Below, piece by piece: positions 1 to 9,032 of a stretch of 64,000 bases of DNA. The notes under the pieces were generated by a model. The model worked only from the letters and a program-made list of their open reading frames with translations. It was not told the DNA's origin and made no database searches. The stretch is from contig CAZIOU010000001.1 of NCBI GenBank assembly GCA_964540995.1, positions 6,742 to 70,741 of the forward strand, in the 5' to 3' direction. Numbering within the stretch: position 1 is the first letter of the stretch; each line of letters opens with the position of its first letter. Origin of the DNA: an uncultured Gammaproteobacteria bacterium. GTDB taxonomy: Bacteria; Patescibacteriota; Patescibacteriia; UBA1558; 2-01-FULL-52-15. A program made the position numbers and the translations under genes.

Positions 1-3
1 AGA

Positions 4-2991
4 TTGGCCAAAGAATCATTACCGTTATTTACTGCTTCAGCTGATTTCACCACCAGCCCCAGCTTCACCAATGCCAAAGTAACAACCTATGACGCTCAAG
101 GCAGACCATTGACCGAAACGACTCCGACCGGCACTACTAGCTATTCTTATGATGGTTTGGTGACAACCATTACCGATCCTCGTACCAAGGTCAAGAAATT
201 GACCAATGATGCTTTCGGCAATCTGGTCAAAGTAGAGGAGTCAAATAGTGGAGCCACCTATACCACCAACTATGAATATAGTCTGACCAATAAGCTCAAG
301 AAGATTACTGACGCTCTGGGCAATATCCGTACTTTCACTTATGACGCTCTGGATAATCTCACCCAGCAAGATATGGTACACACTGCTGGCACGAGCAATC
401 CAGGACATTGGACCTATACCTATGATAAGAACGGTAATGTCTTGAGCAAAGTCGATCTCAAATCCCAAACAAGCAATTACAGTTACGATGCGTTGAACCG
501 TCTCTTGACGGAGAATTTCACGGGCAAGACCGGTACCGAATACACCATGACCTATGATCAAGGTACCAAGCAGCTCGGACGCTTGACTCGCGTGGTTGGT
601 AATGATGGTCTCACGACAGTCTATACCTACGATCCACAAGGCAAACCTCTGACAGTTGTGAGAACGATCGATGGTACTAGTTATACCTTAAGCTACGCCT
701 ATGATTGGAATGGCAACGTTACCTCTATTACCTATCCTGAAGGTGAACGTATCGATTATCTCTACAATGCGGTTGGTCAGATCAATCAGGTGAATAAAGT
801 GAAGAATGGCACGACTACAGTATTAGCTTCTGGTGTCACGTACACGCCGATGGGACAGATCGCTCATCTGCAGCGTGGTAATAATGTCACCACGGATTAT
901 ACCTACGATGCCAATCAGAATTATCGGCTGACTCGTATCCGTACTGTCAGTGGTTCGGTCGTGCTGCAAGATATTGCTTATACCTACGATGCTAATGGTA
1001 ATATCCTGACGATCGTCGATAGTTCACAGACAGCTTTGGCTAAGAACGTCGCTTATGGTTATGATGATTTGAATCGTTTGATTTCAGCCACTGTCACCAA
1101 CTCTGGTTCCGGTGCCAATTATAGTCATACTTATAGCTATGACGCTATTGGTAATATTCTCTCCAGTACACCAGTGGGTAGCTATACCTATACCTTGAGT
1201 AATCCTCATCAAGCTCGTACCGCTGGCTCGACTACCTTGACCTACGATAACAATGGCAATGTAGTCTATATCAATCAAGATCATCAGAGTTACGATTGGC
1301 GCGATCGCATGACCTATAGTGCTGTCGCTGGATCGGCCGATCATACTGAATATGTCTATGATCATGCTAACCAACGAGTCAAGAAACACACGGTAGTCTA
1401 TACTTCGGGTGGCGGAGGAGTCGATTGTGAGAATCATCCAGACCAATGCCCCGATCCAATCTTCGGTATCCCCAGAGAATTACCGCCGGTAGTGACACCA
1501 CCGCCTGGGAAGCTGCCTTTGCCGATTGAAGTGATTGTGCCGACGACGGATGGAGAGGGGCAAGATTCAATAATCAATAATCAAGACTCAAACAATATTC
1601 AAGTTCCAAGTTTCAATAATCAAACAGGAGAGGTGACTGCGCAGACGGTGGAAACAGAAAGTACTTCGACTGCTCCTATATTGACTGTGGAGCCAGTAGA
1701 ACCATTACCAATAGGTATTTTCGAGGCGCCAACTACTACCCCTCAGCCAGAGGCTGATATTGACCCTGTAGTCATACCAGAGCCAGTAGTGATAGAACCA
1801 CTGCCTTCAATGGAAGATGTGGCGACTACGACCGACCAATCAGCCTTATCTCTTGAAAATCCCACCCCAGACGCAGCTCCTGCAGCCCAAGACATTGCTA
1901 CCTATTATATTGATAAATACTACGAGAAAGAGTGGAATGGTGTCGCTCGAAATCACTATTTCTTAGGTAATATCAACCTAGCAGTAGAGCCTTTATCTGG
2001 CCCAAATAGTGGTATATACTATGTCTTGACTGACCACCTTGGTTCAAGTTCTTTGACTACCAATAGTTACGGCAATATGATAGACCGTACGGAGTACACT
2101 CCTTATGGTGCTATCGTAGCTACTGCCACCACCCAAGATATTGGCAATAAGTATAAGTTTACTGGTAAGGAGCTTGATGGAGAGACTAACCTGAGTTACT
2201 TCGGAGCGAGGTACTACAACCAGGCGGTGGGACGGTTTATGGCGGTCGATCCGGCGCTGCAGTTTTTGACAGATCCAGAGAAATTGAAGGGTATTACTAA
2301 CGGTGATCAACGAAAAATTCTTTCAGATCCACAAAATCTAAATGAATATTCGTACGCCAGAAATAATCCCGTTCTACTTGCAGATCCGGATGGTCAGTTT
2401 GTATTCCTAGTCCCCTTTATTGCAATGTATGCTGTACCTATTGCTATAACTACCGTAGCTATGATTGGGTCTATGTATGCCACTGCTGAGTTTAGTCAAG
2501 CCGTTGGTTATACTATGGAAAATGATTATAAAAGCTCACAACAACATATTGATAATGGTATGGTTACTCTGGCAATGACAGGATCGGGCGTAGGCGCAAT
2601 ATATGAAATGGGCAATTACAATCAAAATCTAAGAGATGAGAATGCACGAGCTGAGGCGAAAGCAAATGGAATGCCATACGAACATATAAAAAATGTTCAG
2701 CCTGATACATATATTAAGAGTCAGCTCGATAAAGCAAGTGGTAAAATAGTTAACGGAAATATTGTTGTACCGGAGGAGTATAGTGTTAGACCATCCAACC
2801 TTGGTATGGGTACGAGATATGTTAGTACTTCGAACACGAGTTATAGCTTACGACTCTCCCCTGGCAATAGTACTACTCCATACCCATATATAAGAGTACA
2901 TACCCCACAAGGTTATGTTAATATATATGGAGAACCTACCGGATATAGAGCCGAGGAGAGTCATATGAGAATCTTTTCAATAACTAAATAG
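4..2991 (+). CDS. RHS/YD-repeat polymorphic toxin (5' end cut by window edge); YD-repeat shell, Pro/Thr/Glu-rich linker, RHS core, then a ~200-aa unassigned C-terminal toxin tip
   Basis: Many YD repeats (YTYDALDNL, YSYDALNRL, YTYDANGNIL...). RHS-core signature YYVLTDHLGSSSL...YTPYGAI...FTGKELDGETNLSYFGARYYNQAVGRFMAVDPA...LLADPDGQF, followed by an unrelated C-terminal tail. The frame is open to nt 1. Confidence 0.85.
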   Translation: MAKESLPLFTASADFTTSPSFTNAKVTTYDAQGRPLTETTPTGTTSYSYDGLVTTITDPRTKVKKLTNDAFGNLVKVEESNSGATYTTNYEYSLTNKLKKITDALGNIRTFTYDALDNLTQQDMVHTAGTSNPGHWTYTYDKNGNVLSKVDLKSQTSNYSYDALNRLLTENFTGKTGTEYTMTYDQGTKQLGRLTRVVGNDGLTTVYTYDPQGKPLTVVRTIDGTSYTLSYAYDWNGNVTSITYPEGERIDYLYNAVGQINQVNKVKNGTTTVLASGVTYTPMGQIAHLQRGNNVTTDYTYDANQNYRLTRIRTVSGSVVLQDIAYTYDANGNILTIVDSSQTALAKNVAYGYDDLNRLISATVTNSGSGANYSHTYSYDAIGNILSSTPVGSYTYTLSNPHQARTAGSTTLTYDNNGNVVYINQDHQSYDWRDRMTYSAVAGSADHTEYVYDHANQRVKKHTVVYTSGGGGVDCENHPDQCPDPIFGIPRELPPVVTPPPGKLPLPIEVIVPTTDGEGQDSIINNQDSNNIQVPSFNNQTGEVTAQTVETESTSTAPILTVEPVEPLPIGIFEAPTTTPQPEADIDPVVIPEPVVIEPLPSMEDVATTTDQSALSLENPTPDAAPAAQDIATYYIDKYYEKEWNGVARNHYFLGNINLAVEPLSGPNSGIYYVLTDHLGSSSLTTNSYGNMIDRTEYTPYGAIVATATTQDIGNKYKFTGKELDGETNLSYFGARYYNQAVGRFMAVDPALQFLTDPEKLKGITNGDQRKILSDPQNLNEYSYARNNPVLLADPDGQFVFLVPFIAMYAVPIAITTVAMIGSMYATAEFSQAVGYTMENDYKSSQQHIDNGMVTLAMTGSGVGAIYEMGNYNQNLRDENARAEAKANGMPYEHIKNVQPDTYIKSQLDKASGKIVNGNIVVPEEYSVRPSNLGMGTRYVSTSNTSYSLRLSPGNSTTPYPYIRVHTPQGYVNIYGEPTGYRAEESHMRIFSITK

Positions 2992-2993
2992 AT

Positions 2994-3362
2994 ATGAATA
3001 TTAACGATTCTTCAAAAAAATTAATCAAGGAGGTTATTGAAACCTTTGCGTCTGAGGAAATTCAAAATCGAGCCTGGTTAAAGAAAGATCCTAAAATTCT
3101 TCTGGATCCTGAGGATTTTTTCGAGTGGTTCGGGGATATAGGTATCACAAAGAATGCAAAACCTGATTATTTGACGCAAGAGGAATGGGAATTAATAAAT
3201 AATTTCTTGAATGACCAAGAGAAATTTATTAATGATTATGGTGATTATGTATTTAATAATATAGGTCGCCATCTAGAACGGATGTTGACATTTGACCCAT
3301 GGATCGATTTTCGTGGCAAAGCTCAGAAAGTATTATTCGAGTTAGAGAAGTTGGGTTGGTAG
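2994..3362 (+). CDS. putative cognate immunity protein for the RHS C-terminal toxin
   Basis: 122-aa acidic ORF starting 3 nt after the RHS stop, AT-rich like the toxin tip. The position is typical of RHS immunity genes. No recognisable family. Confidence 0.45.
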   Translation: MNINDSSKKLIKEVIETFASEEIQNRAWLKKDPKILLDPEDFFEWFGDIGITKNAKPDYLTQEEWELINNFLNDQEKFINDYGDYVFNNIGRHLERMLTFDPWIDFRGKAQKVLFELEKLGW

Positions 3363-3381
3363 AATTTTAATCTACTATCCT

Positions 3382-3410
3382 ATGTATTGATTGATCACCT
3401 TGGCTCTAGT
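3382..3410 (+). pseudogene. short remnant resembling the start of an RHS core (YVLIDHLGSS), possible relic of a displaced RHS C-terminal cassette
   Basis: tatgtattgattgatcaccttggctctagt translates to YVLIDHLGSS, versus YVLTDHLGSSS in the intact RHS core at ~2020-2050. It stops after 5 more codons. Confidence 0.3.
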
Positions 3411-3722
3411 TTTTGGTTCAAAACATAATTTGTGATTCCTATCAAAAAACCCTCAAATCCCCAGAATTCCTCCCCCTAGGAATTCTTGTGGTTGTCGGCC
3501 TTATCTTACGCTTCTGGAATCTCGCTATCACCGAAGTAGCCTTCGATAATGCTACCAATACTTTTCGTGCGGTGGGATGGTCTGGGATCCAGGCTAGTTT
3601 CGAGGCGCAAGGTATAACGCCGAAACAAATTATCCCTGACAGTCTGGGCGCCGAAGCCTTCCGAGTATATTTCGTCGCACTGCGCTAGTCAGAGCGAAGC
3701 AAACTTGGTATAATAACCAAGT

Positions 3723-4172
3723 ATGAGCCCTGTCAAAGACAAGAAAAATATTATTCCTGCCAACGTTGCCTCTGCTCACAGAGTTCGACGTTTTTTTGTT
3801 GCTATTATTCACCAACAGTCATTCACCTTTCTCTTGTTAATACTAGTTATCGTTGGATTAGCTAGTTATTTCTATCCGGCCAGTCTCAAGCCATCGCAGC
3901 AAGCGCATATTGGAGATACGTTGGGTTGTAGCACTGCCAAAGCTAGTGATCGTCTGAAACAAACCCAGCTAAGAGCCAGCGATCAGCTCAAAGTACTGAT
4001 TAGTTTCCGTCAACAACCAAGTGCAGAGCAGATTCAGGGCTATGCATCACAAGGTATTACCTTATACCCTGATTCTTGGCTGTTTGATTATCTGATGGGC
4101 GAGACTTCCTATAGCCATCTATGCAATCTGTTATCTGATAACGCTATTACGTACGTTGATCTCGTAAACTAA
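3723..4172 (+). CDS. hypothetical membrane-anchored protein
   Basis: 149-aa ORF with one hydrophobic segment. A TATAAT box 12 nt upstream of the ATG (possible leaderless transcript). Its stop overlaps the pgk start (TAATG). Confidence 0.3.
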   Translation: MSPVKDKKNIIPANVASAHRVRRFFVAIIHQQSFTFLLLILVIVGLASYFYPASLKPSQQAHIGDTLGCSTAKASDRLKQTQLRASDQLKVLISFRQQPSAEQIQGYASQGITLYPDSWLFDYLMGETSYSHLCNLLSDNAITYVDLVN

Positions 4173-5332
4173 TGAAATTACGCACTCTCAAAGATATCAA
4201 GTCAGTCCGCGGACAGCGCGTATTGATCCGTCTCGATCTCAATGCGCCAGTTATCGGTGGTCACCTCGAATCGTCGGATTTGTGGAAATTACGAGCCTCG
4301 ATTCACACGGTAGAACATTTGGCCGAGCACGGTGCCAAGGTGATCATTGTGTCACATTTTGGTCGTCCGGACGGCAAGAAGGTTGTTGCTACCAGCTTAC
4401 GACCCATTATTCGTAAGTTTAGTCAGATGGTGGGGCGACCGATTGCACTCTGGTCAGATCATCCATCCAAGCTGGAAGCGAGAAGTAAGAAGCTAGAAGA
4501 AGGTCAGATAGTTGCCTTGGAGAATATTCGCTGGTATCCAGGGGAAGAGAAGAACGATCCTACGTTTGCCAAGACTCTAGCAGCGTTAGCAGACATCTAT
4601 GTTAATGATGCTTTCGGTGTTATTCAGCGCACGCACGCTTCGACTGTCGGCGTAGCCAAACTAGTGCCTTCGTATGCTGGATTTTTGCTTGAATATGAAG
4701 TCAAAGCGCTGTATAATGTAGTATCCCGTAGTAAACGGCCTATTGTTGTAGTTCTGGGAGGATCCAAGATTAGTACCAAGCTAGGACTGCTCAAAGTACT
4801 CCTAACCAAAGCTGATTTCATCCTTCTCGGTGGCGCTCTTGCCAACAATGTCTTGCAGGCGCGAGATGTCGAAGTCGGTAAGTCGCTGATCGATAAGGAC
4901 GCCAAGCTGTTACGGCAGTATATTTATAGCAATAAGCTCAAAGTCCCGATTGATGTCCGCGTAGCTACTTCACGTACGTCCAAGAGTCGGCTGACAGCGG
5001 TGTCACAAGTACGCAGTAACGAGATAATTTATGACATCGGCCCAGATACAGTCGAGTGGTATGCCAAAGTATTGCGTCATGCCAAGACCGTGATCTGGAA
5101 TGGCCCGTTAGGCTTATTCGAAGATCCGCGTTATGGTGCGAGTACACGGGAGCTGATCAAGATTTTGGCGCTGTCACAGGCCAAGGCCTACGTCGGCGGA
5201 GGAGAGACAGTCAAAGCTGTTTTGCAGTCGCGCTTGGAAGATAGTTTGCACTTTGTCTCGACCGGTGGAGGCGCGATGTTGGCCCTGCTAGAGAAGAATG
5301 ATTGGTCAGCGTTGAAAGTGTTGAAGAAGTAG
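4172..5332 (+). CDS. pgk: phosphoglycerate kinase
   Basis: 386 aa, typical PGK N-terminus (RVLIRLDLNAPV...) and overall length and motifs. Confidence 0.95.
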   Translation: MKLRTLKDIKSVRGQRVLIRLDLNAPVIGGHLESSDLWKLRASIHTVEHLAEHGAKVIIVSHFGRPDGKKVVATSLRPIIRKFSQMVGRPIALWSDHPSKLEARSKKLEEGQIVALENIRWYPGEEKNDPTFAKTLAALADIYVNDAFGVIQRTHASTVGVAKLVPSYAGFLLEYEVKALYNVVSRSKRPIVVVLGGSKISTKLGLLKVLLTKADFILLGGALANNVLQARDVEVGKSLIDKDAKLLRQYIYSNKLKVPIDVRVATSRTSKSRLTAVSQVRSNEIIYDIGPDTVEWYAKVLRHAKTVIWNGPLGLFEDPRYGASTRELIKILALSQAKAYVGGGETVKAVLQSRLEDSLHFVSTGGGAMLALLEKNDWSALKVLKK

Positions 5333-5337
5333 ATCGT

Positions 5338-5450
5338 TATTCGTTATTCGTTATTAGTTATTAGGGAGAACTCTCTTCCCGAATAACTAGTAACTAATGA
5401 CTAATCACATTCCCCAAATAACAAATAACTAATAACTAATAACTAATTCT
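5338..5450. repeat. AT-rich intergenic spacer built from inverted/direct copies of the TAACTAATAAC (GTTATTAGTTA) motif; probable terminator hairpin for pgk
   Basis: gttattcgttattcgttattagttattaggg...cccgaataactagtaactaa, then aaataacaaataactaataactaataactaat. The same motif recurs at 16163, 41241, 46923 and 46978. Confidence 0.5.
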
Positions 5451-6203
5451 ATGAACCAACTGACAGCCTGGCAGAAAACGTTACTTATCGTTACTGCCGC
5501 CTTCTTCCTACTCATGGGAGGATTCGTCAAATTACGCGAACTTAATTTTGTCGGTAAATCGCCTGATTTCCAGCCTACTATTTACGTCAGTGGCGAAGGT
5601 AAGGTGCAAGCCGTGCCTGATGTGGCCAAGATTAGCTTCGGTTACACAGTAACCAAGCCAACAACTGCCGAAGCCCAGAAAGATAATACCGACAAAATGA
5701 ATGCCTTCATCGCTGCCGTCAAGAAGGAAGGTGTCAATGATAAAGATATTAAGACTGCCAATTTCAATATCTATCCTGAATATAACTATGTTGATGGTCG
5801 ACAAGTACCTCGTGGTTATACCGTTAATCAGAATGTCGACGTGACCTTACGCGACACTTCCAAAGCGCAACGTCTGATCCAGCTGGCTGGTGAACAGAGT
5901 TTGAATCAAGTCGGTGGACTCAATTTCGTCGTCGATAACCAACAGAAATATTTAGACGAAGCGCGCGCTATTGCTCTTAAGCAAGCCAAAGCCAATGCCG
6001 AATCGATCGCCAAGAATGCCGGCTTCCGCTTGGGTCGTCTGATGAACTATTCCGAAAATACCCAACCCTATCCACAGCCAATGTACGCTGATAAAGGTGC
6101 TATGGGTATGGGTGGTGCCGCTTCGGTCCCAGCTCCAACCATCGCCGTTGGTAGTAACGAAATCTACGTTCAAGTCAGTCTAAATTACGAAATCAAGCAG
6201 TAA
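5451..6203 (+). CDS. SIMPL/DUF541-family secreted protein (26-kDa periplasmic immunogenic protein-like)
   Basis: N-terminal signal/TM segment, then VSGEGKVQAVPDVAKISFGYTV. Architecture is typical of PF04402. Confidence 0.6.
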   Translation: MNQLTAWQKTLLIVTAAFFLLMGGFVKLRELNFVGKSPDFQPTIYVSGEGKVQAVPDVAKISFGYTVTKPTTAEAQKDNTDKMNAFIAAVKKEGVNDKDIKTANFNIYPEYNYVDGRQVPRGYTVNQNVDVTLRDTSKAQRLIQLAGEQSLNQVGGLNFVVDNQQKYLDEARAIALKQAKANAESIAKNAGFRLGRLMNYSENTQPYPQPMYADKGAMGMGGAASVPAPTIAVGSNEIYVQVSLNYEIKQ

Positions 6204-6210
6204 AACCGGC

Positions 6211-7488
6211 ATGCCGGATACTATCAAGCGCGTCACAGCCAGTGAGATTCTCGATTCGCGCGGCAACCCTACAATTGAAGTCACAGTAGAATTGCAAAGC
6301 GGTATCGGAGCTAAGGCTTCGGTACCGTCTGGTGCGTCTACGGGTGCAGCGGAAGCCTTGGAATTGCGCGATAATGATCCTAAGCGTTATGGTGGCCAAG
6401 GAGTGCTTCGAGCTTGTCATAATGTGGAGACAGAAATCAATCAGGCGCTACAAGGTGTGCGTGTCACCGAACAGAAGAAGATCGATGATTTGATGCGTCA
6501 GCTTGATGGTACGCCCAATAAGTCTCGTCTCGGCGCCAATGCTATCCTCGGCGTCTCGCTGGCTTGCGCTCGCACTGCCAGTAAATCGTTAGCTGTACCT
6601 TTGTATCGTTATATCGGTGATTTGATCGGCAACAAACATTTCGTCTTACCGATCCCACTGATGAATGTGATAAATGGAGGACTGCACGCCAGCACCAATC
6701 TCAATATTCAAGAGTTCTGGGTCATCCCCAAGCAGCAGACTAGTTTCCATGATCGACTGCGTTGCGGTAGTGAGATTTTCCAGCATCTTGGTACGATCTT
6801 ACGTCAGGCTGGCCGTGATACTGACCTGGGCAACGAAGGCGGCTATGCGCCTGATCTGGATAGTCATAAGCAGGCTTTTGAGTATTTACTGCAAGCGATT
6901 GAAAGTTCCGGCTATCAGGCTGGTCGGGATTGTTACTTAGGTATGGATGCGGGTGCTTCGGTATTTTATAACGTTGATAAAGCAACCTACAGTTTGAAAT
7001 TAGAAGATAGTGAATTTACTCGTGATGAATGGATTGAGTATGTCATGAATCTGTTACACACCTATCCTATGGCCGCTATCGAAGATCCGCTAGCCGAAGA
7101 AGATTGGACCAGCTGGCAACTACTGACTCAGCAAGTGAAAGAGAAGTTTCCGCAGCTACAACTCATTGGCGATGATCTATTTACGACCAATGTTACGCGA
7201 CTACAGAAAGGTATAGATATGGGTGTTGCTAACGCCATATTGATCAAACCCAATCAAATCGGCACCTTGAGTGAGACCTTAGACTGTATTACACTAGCCA
7301 AGAAGCAGGGTTATCAGACAGCAGTATCGCATCGTAGCGGTGAGACAATTGATAGCTTCATTGCTGATCTCGCGGTCGGCGTAGCGTCAGAGTTTATCAA
7401 GACAGGTTCAGTAGCTCGCGGTGAGCGTTCCGCCAAATATAATCGACTGTTAGCGATCGAACAAGAACTCTATGGCATCCAACGATAA
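6211..7488 (+). CDS. eno: enolase
   Basis: MPDTIKRVTASEILDSRGNPTIEVTV..., 425 aa, canonical enolase. Confidence 0.95.
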   Translation: MPDTIKRVTASEILDSRGNPTIEVTVELQSGIGAKASVPSGASTGAAEALELRDNDPKRYGGQGVLRACHNVETEINQALQGVRVTEQKKIDDLMRQLDGTPNKSRLGANAILGVSLACARTASKSLAVPLYRYIGDLIGNKHFVLPIPLMNVINGGLHASTNLNIQEFWVIPKQQTSFHDRLRCGSEIFQHLGTILRQAGRDTDLGNEGGYAPDLDSHKQAFEYLLQAIESSGYQAGRDCYLGMDAGASVFYNVDKATYSLKLEDSEFTRDEWIEYVMNLLHTYPMAAIEDPLAEEDWTSWQLLTQQVKEKFPQLQLIGDDLFTTNVTRLQKGIDMGVANAILIKPNQIGTLSETLDCITLAKKQGYQTAVSHRSGETIDSFIADLAVGVASEFIKTGSVARGERSAKYNRLLAIEQELYGIQR

Positions 7489-9031
7489 AAAATTATGTGT
7501 CTTGGTAATTGTTGACGGGTGGGGTATCGGCCCGGCCGCCAAAGGTAATGCTATTACCACTGCCAAGTTGCCGCACTACCATCAATTGGTGAAGAAATAT
7601 TCCTATACCACCTTGAAAGCTGCCTCCAAATCAGTTGGTTTACCAATGGGACAAGAAGGTAATTCTGAAGCGGGTCATATGAATATTGGCGCTGGTCGCG
7701 TGGTGGAGCAGGATGCGGTAGTTATTTCCAAAAGTATCAATAATGGCACTTTTTTCCGCAACCCGGCCTTCATGGGAGCTTTGGCTCATGTCCAGAAATA
7801 TAATTCTGATGTTCATCTGGTTGGTATGATTACCGGCAATCAGAGTGCGCATTCTGACCCGGATCATTTGATTTCGCTCATAACCCTTTTCAATCGCAAG
7901 AAAGTACGTAATGTCTATCTGCACTTATTTACTGATGGACGCGATGCTCCGCCGTACTATGCTCAGAAACTTTTCCAATCCTTTCACGGTGTTTTCAATT
8001 CGTATGCTACAGTGGCGACGGTCATGGGACGCTTCTATGGTATGGATCGCAAGAAAGAATGGTCCCGCACCCAATTGGCGTTCGACGCCATGGTGTCTGG
8101 CAAGGGGCTCAAAGAAACAACTCCTGAAGACGCGGTACTTCATGCCTATGCTCGCGGTGAGAGCGATGAGTTTATCAAACCAACGATTATTGTCGATGAG
8201 GCGGGTAAGCCCAAGGGGCTGATCAAGAATAATGACGCCGTAGTATTTTTCAACTTACGATCTGATCGTGCTCGGCAAATGTGTAAGCCGTTTGCCCAGA
8301 CCGATTTCTACCAAGCCAACAAAGGATCGTTCAAACCAACGGCCAAACCCAAGAATCTGTTCCTCGTGGCCATGACTGATTTCGGTCCTGACATGCCCAA
8401 ATTGATGACTGCCTATCCCAGCCGTGAGATTGTCGAGACGTTACCGATGTCACTGCCGGGATACAGGCAGCTAGCGATCGCTGAAAGTGAGAAGTTTGCT
8501 CACGTGACCTATTTCTTCAACGGCGGCTATGACCATATCGTGGCTGGTGAAGCGCGCGAGATGATACCATCACCCAACCTGAAACATTACGAAGATGAAC
8601 CTTTGATGAGTCTGGATAAGACGACAGCTCGAGTGGTAACGGCTATTCAGAAGCGAGAGTTTGATTTCATCGTCATGAACATTGCCAACGCCGATATGAT
8701 AGCTCACAGCGGTAAATTCTGGGCCACGGTCAAAGCTTGCGAATATACTGATGCTGCTCTGGGGAAAATTACCAAAGCAGTTCTGGCCAAAGACGGCATC
8801 TGTATCATCACCGCCGATCATGGTAATGCCGAGATGGTGATCGATCCCAAGACCGGCGAGCCCGAGACTGAGCATTCAACCAATCCAGTGCCTTTCATCG
8901 TGGTCAAATCAGGTCCTAAACTCAAATTACGCAAGAACGGTATCTTGGGTGATATTGCTCCAACAATTTTGGAATTGCTGCAGCTGGAGAAACCGCATGA
9001 TATGACCGGCAAAACTTTGATCACACACTAA
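7472..9031 (+). CDS. gpmI: 2,3-bisphosphoglycerate-independent phosphoglycerate mutase (copy 1)
   Basis: LVIVDGWGIGP, GNSEAGHMNIGAGR (catalytic Ser), DGRD, AHVTYFFNGG, ADHGNAE; 519 aa. Confidence 0.9.
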   Translation: MASNDKKLCVLVIVDGWGIGPAAKGNAITTAKLPHYHQLVKKYSYTTLKAASKSVGLPMGQEGNSEAGHMNIGAGRVVEQDAVVISKSINNGTFFRNPAFMGALAHVQKYNSDVHLVGMITGNQSAHSDPDHLISLITLFNRKKVRNVYLHLFTDGRDAPPYYAQKLFQSFHGVFNSYATVATVMGRFYGMDRKKEWSRTQLAFDAMVSGKGLKETTPEDAVLHAYARGESDEFIKPTIIVDEAGKPKGLIKNNDAVVFFNLRSDRARQMCKPFAQTDFYQANKGSFKPTAKPKNLFLVAMTDFGPDMPKLMTAYPSREIVETLPMSLPGYRQLAIAESEKFAHVTYFFNGGYDHIVAGEAREMIPSPNLKHYEDEPLMSLDKTTARVVTAIQKREFDFIVMNIANADMIAHSGKFWATVKACEYTDAALGKITKAVLAKDGICIITADHGNAEMVIDPKTGEPETEHSTNPVPFIVVKSGPKLKLRKNGILGDIAPTILELLQLEKPHDMTGKTLITH

Positions 9032-9032
9032 T

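Noticed and set aside
3413-3688. 91-aa ORF after the RHS immunity gene
   Set aside because: No RBS; overlaps the putative RHS-core remnant in another frame; hydrophobic junk-like. Not supported.
6674-6985. Internal and antisense ORFs within eno (and similar ones inside pgk, gpmI, ftsI, murF, the surface-protein gene)
   Set aside because: Embedded in or antisense to confidently identified conserved genes.
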